In this document: piece by piece, positions 6,951-11,028 of the stretch
Numbering within the stretch: position 1 is the first letter of the stretch
Layout of the letters: each line of letters opens with the position of its first letter
NCBI GenBank assembly: GCA_033763905.1
Contig: JANRJP010000084.1
Location: 1 to 11,028, forward strand
DNA length: 11,028 nucleotides
From: Gemmatimonadaceae bacterium
GTDB taxonomy: Bacteria > Gemmatimonadota > Gemmatimonadetes > Gemmatimonadales > Gemmatimonadaceae
Direction: 5' to 3'
Notes under the pieces: generated by a model
Database searches by the model: none
Told to the model about the DNA's origin: nothing
The model's input: the letters and a program-made list of their open reading frames with translations, nothing else
Translations under genes and position numbers: made by a program

Positions 6951-8131
6951 CACGCCCCCACCTCGAAGGTACCGCGCCGCACCGGGGCGCTGTTTCGTAC
7001 CATCCACGCGCCGCGCGCCATCACGTGCAACGGCAGGTGGTTACTTCCGAGCACCACCACGTCTGCGTCGGCACCGACCACGAGCCGGCCTTTGCCGTGC
7101 AGTCGCAGGGCCTCGGCGACATTGCGCGTGAACGGTGGCAGCACCGTCTCGAGCGCGTGCCCGCGCGCAAGCAGCGTGGCAATCGTACGGCTCAACGCGC
7201 GCGAATCGCCGACATCCATCGCGATCACGTTGCGGTCGTTATCGAAGACCGGCAGGCACCCGCCGCCGTCCGTGCTCACCGTCACCTTGCCCGCCGGGGC
7301 CCCGCGCTCCCAGTAGCGCTCGAGCGCATCGGCAGCACACCAGGCGTCTTCGCCGTCGTCCACGGGAAAGTCGGTGATGTCCACCGGCACGCCCTCCCGC
7401 GCGAGGGCCACGGCCTCGTCGAACAAGCTGCGGCGCCGATTCACGTGCGTCGGTTGGAAGACCCGGGCCGGTAGCTCGGTCTCGGCCAGCGCCCGTCGAA
7501 TGCACTCGAGTCCACGGGGACCGTCCCCGACGTGCAAATGCAAAATGCCGGCCTTGCCGGTCATCAGGCCCGCCACGTGCGCGTCGCCGGCGATGCGCAC
7601 GATCTCGTCAAACGTCGGCTGGCTGGAGCGGTGATCGCTGATCGCGAGTTCCCCGACGCCAATGATGCAGTCGACGTGCACGATATCCCCGCGCACTGAG
7701 CCGGTGAGCGTCGCGAGGGGCAGGTGGTAGCCGCCCGTATGGCACCACGCCGACAGCCCCTCGGCGGTGAGCGACCGTGCCGCCGCAACGAGGGATGCGG
7801 TGGTGCGCACGACGTCGTCGGTCCCGAGCACACCCACGGCACTCGTAACCCCGCCCAGCGTGTACGCGGTGAGTGGTGGGGCCGGCACGCGGCTCGCGGG
7901 GCCCGCCTCACCGCCCCCGCCCGTCAGGTGCACGTGCCCGTCGATCAGCCCCGGAATCACCCGTGCGCCGGCCAGATCGGTCACGGCCACCAGCGACGAG
8001 GGCGTCACCGACGGTCGCTCGGTACCCACGTAGAGCAATCGACCACCGCCGATGAGCAGGTGGCAGACGCCCATCGGGTCGGGGGTGTAGAGCTCCGCGT
8101 TGAGCAGCAGCTCGAGCGTGGGTGCCGTCAT
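6950..8131 (-). CDS. iadA: Isoaspartyl dipeptidase (beta-aspartyl peptidase, amidohydrolase superfamily M38), 393 aa
   Basis: PGLIDGHVHLTGGGGEAG, GVLGTD, TGGYHLP, IGVGELAISDHRSSQP, HLHVGDG, PTHVNR and STDGGG match the IadA metal and substrate motifs. Confidence 0.95.
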   Translation of the reverse strand: MTAPTLELLLNAELYTPDPMGVCHLLIGGGRLLYVGTERPSVTPSSLVAVTDLAGARVIPGLIDGHVHLTGGGGEAGPASRVPAPPLTAYTLGGVTSAVGVLGTDDVVRTTASLVAAARSLTAEGLSAWCHTGGYHLPLATLTGSVRGDIVHVDCIIGVGELAISDHRSSQPTFDEIVRIAGDAHVAGLMTGKAGILHLHVGDGPRGLECIRRALAETELPARVFQPTHVNRRRSLFDEAVALAREGVPVDITDFPVDDGEDAWCAADALERYWERGAPAGKVTVSTDGGGCLPVFDNDRNVIAMDVGDSRALSRTIATLLARGHALETVLPPFTRNVAEALRLHGKGRLVVGADADVVVLGSNHLPLHVMARGAWMVRNSAPVRRGTFEVGA

Positions 8132-8176
8132 TCCCTAACGTTAGCCGCCGCCCCGTTTCGCCGTTAGTTTCTCCCT
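8132..8176. promoter_or_regulatory. 45-bp divergent promoter region with a TANNNT box 6 nt before each start codon
   Basis: Plus: TAGTTT (8165-8170)-CTCCCT-ATG of cphB. Minus: TAACGT (8143-8138)-TAGGGA-ATG of iadA. Perfect palindrome CTAACGTTAG at 8135-8144. Confidence 0.65.
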
Positions 8177-9010
8177 ATGCCTGCCCGTCCCCGAGTCGAA
8201 GGAACGCGCCGCGGCTACATCGTGCCGATCGGCGGCAAGCTCTCGTCCCCCGATATCCTCGGAAAGCTCCTCGAGCTCGCCGGCGGCGCGCAGTCGCGCG
8301 TCGCCATCATTCCCACAGCCTCCAGCGAGCCCGATATGGGCGTCTACTGGGAGCGCGAGTTCAAGCGCATCGGTGCCGGCTATGCCAAGGCGCTGCCGTT
8401 CGAGCGCCGCAGCGACTGCGACGACGCCGACTGGCTGGCCTGGCTCGCCGCCGCCGACGCGATCTTTCTCACGGGCGGCAATCAGCTGAAGCTCACGACC
8501 ATTCTTGGCGGCACGCCGGTCGCCAAGATGATCCGTGCCCGCAACGCCGAAGGCGTGCACGTCGCCGGCACCAGCGCCGGCGCCGCGTTCCTGAGCGAGC
8601 ATATGATCGCCTATGGCGACGAAGGCTCCACGCCGCGCGCGGGGATGGTGACGATGTGCGCCGGTGTTGGCCTGACGAACCGGTTCATCGTGGACCAGCA
8701 CTTCCGGCAGCGCGATCGCCTGGGCCGCCTGCTGACCGCGCTCTCGTACAACCCCTTCGCCATTGGCCTCGGCGTGGACGAAGACACGGCCGCGTTCATC
8801 GACCCCGACGAAACGATCGAAGTCGTCGGATCCGGCGCGGTGACGGTGGTGGATTGCGCCGATGTGGAGTTCACTTCGATGGCCGAAGCCAAGCCCGGCG
8901 ACGCCATCACGTTGGTCGGGGTGCGCACGCACGTGCTGGGGCGCGGCGCTCGCTTCAACCTGCACACGCGGCGCGTCGATCCGGTGATCGCCTCGCTGTT
9001 TCACGACTGA
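8177..9010 (+). CDS. cphB: Cyanophycinase (peptidase S51), intracellular, 277 aa
   Basis: IIPTAS, FLTGGNQ, GTSAGA (catalytic Ser), DQHFRQRDRLGRL (His plus Arg cluster), GVDEDTA (Glu). No signal peptide. Ends 11 bp before cphA. Confidence 0.95.
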   Translation: MPARPRVEGTRRGYIVPIGGKLSSPDILGKLLELAGGAQSRVAIIPTASSEPDMGVYWEREFKRIGAGYAKALPFERRSDCDDADWLAWLAAADAIFLTGGNQLKLTTILGGTPVAKMIRARNAEGVHVAGTSAGAAFLSEHMIAYGDEGSTPRAGMVTMCAGVGLTNRFIVDQHFRQRDRLGRLLTALSYNPFAIGLGVDEDTAAFIDPDETIEVVGSGAVTVVDCADVEFTSMAEAKPGDAITLVGVRTHVLGRGARFNLHTRRVDPVIASLFHD

Positions 9011-9021
9011 CCGAGCGCCCA

Positions 9022-11028
9022 ATGCGGATCACCGATCGGAACGTGTACGTGGGGCCAAGCCATTACGCGCACTTCCCGGTGATCCGGTTGGTGCTCGACC
9101 TGGGCGAACTCGAAGCCTGGCCCACGGCCAAACTGGGCGCGCCCTTCGTCGACGGCCTGCTGCAGGCGCTCCCGGGACTGCGCGAGCACGGTTGCTCGTA
9201 CGGTGAGCCCGGCGGTCTGGTGCGCCGTATGACGGAAGGCGAAGGCACCTGGCTCGGCCACGTCCTCGAACACGTCGCGATCGAACTGCAGAACGTCGCG
9301 GGTGTGAACGTGACCTTCGGCAAGACGCGCGAGACCGCGCAGGCGTCGGGGACGTACGACGTGGTCTTCGAGTATGAGCAGGAAGACGTCGGGCTCGAAG
9401 CCGCCGATGTGGCGCTGGACCTGCTGCACTCGCTGCTCCCCGCGTCGCTGCGCCCTGAGGAGTCGGCGTCGTTCGACTGGGCCGAGCGTCGTGACGGGTT
9501 CATTCGATTCGCACAGCGTCGTGCGTTGGGGCCGAGCACGATGAGCATCGTGAAGGCCGCCGAAGAGCGCGGCATTCCGTGGCTGCGGCTCAATGAGTAT
9601 TCGCTGCTGCAGCTGGGCTGGGGCTGCCGCCAGCAGCGCGTGCAGGCCACCATCACCGGCCGCACGTCTCACATCGCTGTGGAACTCGCGAGCGACAAGG
9701 AAGAAACCAACCGCATTCTCGCGCGGCTCGGCCTGCCCGTGCCGCGACAGATCCTGGTACAGAGCGCCGATCGTGCGGTGCGCGCCGCCGAGCGTATTGG
9801 CTATCCCGTGGTGACCAAGCCGTACAACGGCAACCACGGCCGCGGCGTGTCGATCGATCTGCAGACCGAAGACGATGTGCGCACCGGCTTTGCGCGCGCC
9901 GCCGAGCATTCGCGCAGCGTGATTGTCGAAAGCTTCATCACCGGCTTTGATCACCGGTTGCTAGTGGTGAACGGCGAGTTGGTCGCCGCGTCGCGTCGTG
10001 AGCCTGGCAAGGTCGTGGGCGATGGGCGGCAGACCATTACCGAACTCGTCGCCGAAGTGAATCGCGACCCGCGTCGTGGCATTGGGCACGAGAAGGTGCT
10101 CACGATGCTGGAGCTCGACGAGCAGGCGCTGGGCATTCTCACCAAGCGCGGCCTCACGCCCGAAAGCGTGCTGCCGGCGGGCGAGACCTTGTACCTGCGA
10201 CTGACCGCCAACTTGAGCACCGGCGGCACGGCTACTGACGTGACCGACGTGATTCACCCCGACAACGTCGATATGGCGGTGCGGGCCATTCAAGCCATTG
10301 GTCTGGATGTGGGCGGCGTGGACTTCTTGACGCCCGACATCACGCAGTCGTACAAGGAGATCGGCGGCGCGATCTGCGAAGTGAACGCGGCGCCGGGCTT
10401 CCGAATGCATATGGCGCCGAGCGAAGGGCGTCCGCGCGATGTGGCGGGCAAGGTGATCGAGATGCTCTTCCCGCCGGGTTCGTCGGGGACGATTCCGATT
10501 GCCGCCGTGACCGGCACCAACGGCAAGACGACCACCGCGCGCATGCTCGCGCACATTCACAAGCTCGCCGGCAAGCGCGTCGGGCTCACGACCACCGACG
10601 GCGTGTATATCGACGGTCAGCGCACGGTCGAAGGCGATATGACCGGCCCGACGTCGGCGCGACTGGTGCTGGCCGACCCTGCGGTGGAAGTCGCCGTGCT
10701 TGAGACCGCGCGCGGCGGTCTGTTGCGCGCCGGAATGGCCATGGGCCACGTGGACGTGGGCGCAGTGCTCAACGTGCAGCCCGATCATCTGGGCCAAAAG
10801 GGCATCGACACCCTCGAACAGCTCGCGGCCATCAAGCGCACCGTGGTGGAGATCGCGACGAACACCGCCGTGCTCAACGCCGACGATCCGAACACGCTGC
10901 GGATGGCCGCGTTCACGGAAGCGAAGCATCTCTGCTACGTGACGATGGACCCCAACAACGCGCTGGTGCGCGAGCACATTCGCGCGGGCGGTCGGGCGGT
11001 GGCCTTGGAGGCCGGCATCAACGGGCAG
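9022..11028 (+). CDS. cphA: Cyanophycin synthetase CphA1, N-terminal 669 codons; runs off the right edge
   Basis: Manual translation from ATG 9022: MRITDRNVYVGPSHYAHFPVIRL, N domain HGCSYGEPGG..GTWLGHVLEHVAIELQ, LGPST, ATP-grasp domain KPYNGNHGRGV, GHEKVLT, ANLSTGG, EVNAAPGFRMH, and Mur-ligase domain AVTGTNGKTTT, ETARGG, DHLG. Absent from the ORF track because there is no stop in the window. Confidence 0.97.
   Translation, partial: MRITDRNVYVGPSHYAHFPVIRLVLDLGELEAWPTAKLGAPFVDGLLQALPGLREHGCSYGEPGGLVRRMTEGEGTWLGHVLEHVAIELQNVAGVNVTFGKTRETAQASGTYDVVFEYEQEDVGLEAADVALDLLHSLLPASLRPEESASFDWAERRDGFIRFAQRRALGPSTMSIVKAAEERGIPWLRLNEYSLLQLGWGCRQQRVQATITGRTSHIAVELASDKEETNRILARLGLPVPRQILVQSADRAVRAAERIGYPVVTKPYNGNHGRGVSIDLQTEDDVRTGFARAAEHSRSVIVESFITGFDHRLLVVNGELVAASRREPGKVVGDGRQTITELVAEVNRDPRRGIGHEKVLTMLELDEQALGILTKRGLTPESVLPAGETLYLRLTANLSTGGTATDVTDVIHPDNVDMAVRAIQAIGLDVGGVDFLTPDITQSYKEIGGAICEVNAAPGFRMHMAPSEGRPRDVAGKVIEMLFPPGSSGTIPIAAVTGTNGKTTTARMLAHIHKLAGKRVGLTTTDGVYIDGQRTVEGDMTGPTSARLVLADPAVEVAVLETARGGLLRAGMAMGHVDVGAVLNVQPDHLGQKGIDTLEQLAAIKRTVVEIATNTAVLNADDPNTLRMAAFTEAKHLCYVTMDPNNALVREHIRAGGRAVALEAGINGQ

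Noticed and set aside
6954..7007. corA start at 7007
   Set aside because: It would overlap iadA by 58 bp. The GTGATG junction with an upstream GAGGTG is more plausible.
5682..7316. Plus-strand 544-aa ORF
   Set aside because: Antisense to corA and iadA, with no recognisable motifs.
8141..10977. Minus-strand ORFs 8141..9022, 9001..9954 and 9961..10977
   Set aside because: Antisense shadows of cphB and cphA.
1..11028. Mobile element, prophage, defence system or RNA gene
   Set aside because: No transposase, integrase or terminal repeats, no tRNA or rRNA patterns, and no visible compositional shift.

Overview
GC-rich bacterial DNA (roughly 68-70% GC by eye; gene content and SD-poor starts would fit a Gemmatimonadota-like organism, an unverified inference). 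Eight real CDSs are present. The two largest run off the window and are missing from the ORF track. Minus strand, right to left: isoaspartyl dipeptidase iadA, corA (TGATG overlap with iadA), an outer-membrane beta-barrel protein, a secreted Gly/Trp-rich hypothetical protein, a secreted alpha/beta-hydrolase and the glutamate synthase large subunit gltB (partial). Plus strand: cyanophycinase cphB and cyanophycin synthetase cphA (partial). The core is a complete cyanophycin synthesis and degradation locus on a 45-bp divergent spacer that looks like two overlapping leaderless promoters. The enzymes are known families. The second-look items are the regulatory layout, active-site deviations in CphB and IadA, the uncharacterised beta-barrel/Gly-Trp pair, and the hydrolase-gltB coupling. 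No mobile elements, CRISPR arrays or RNA genes were seen.
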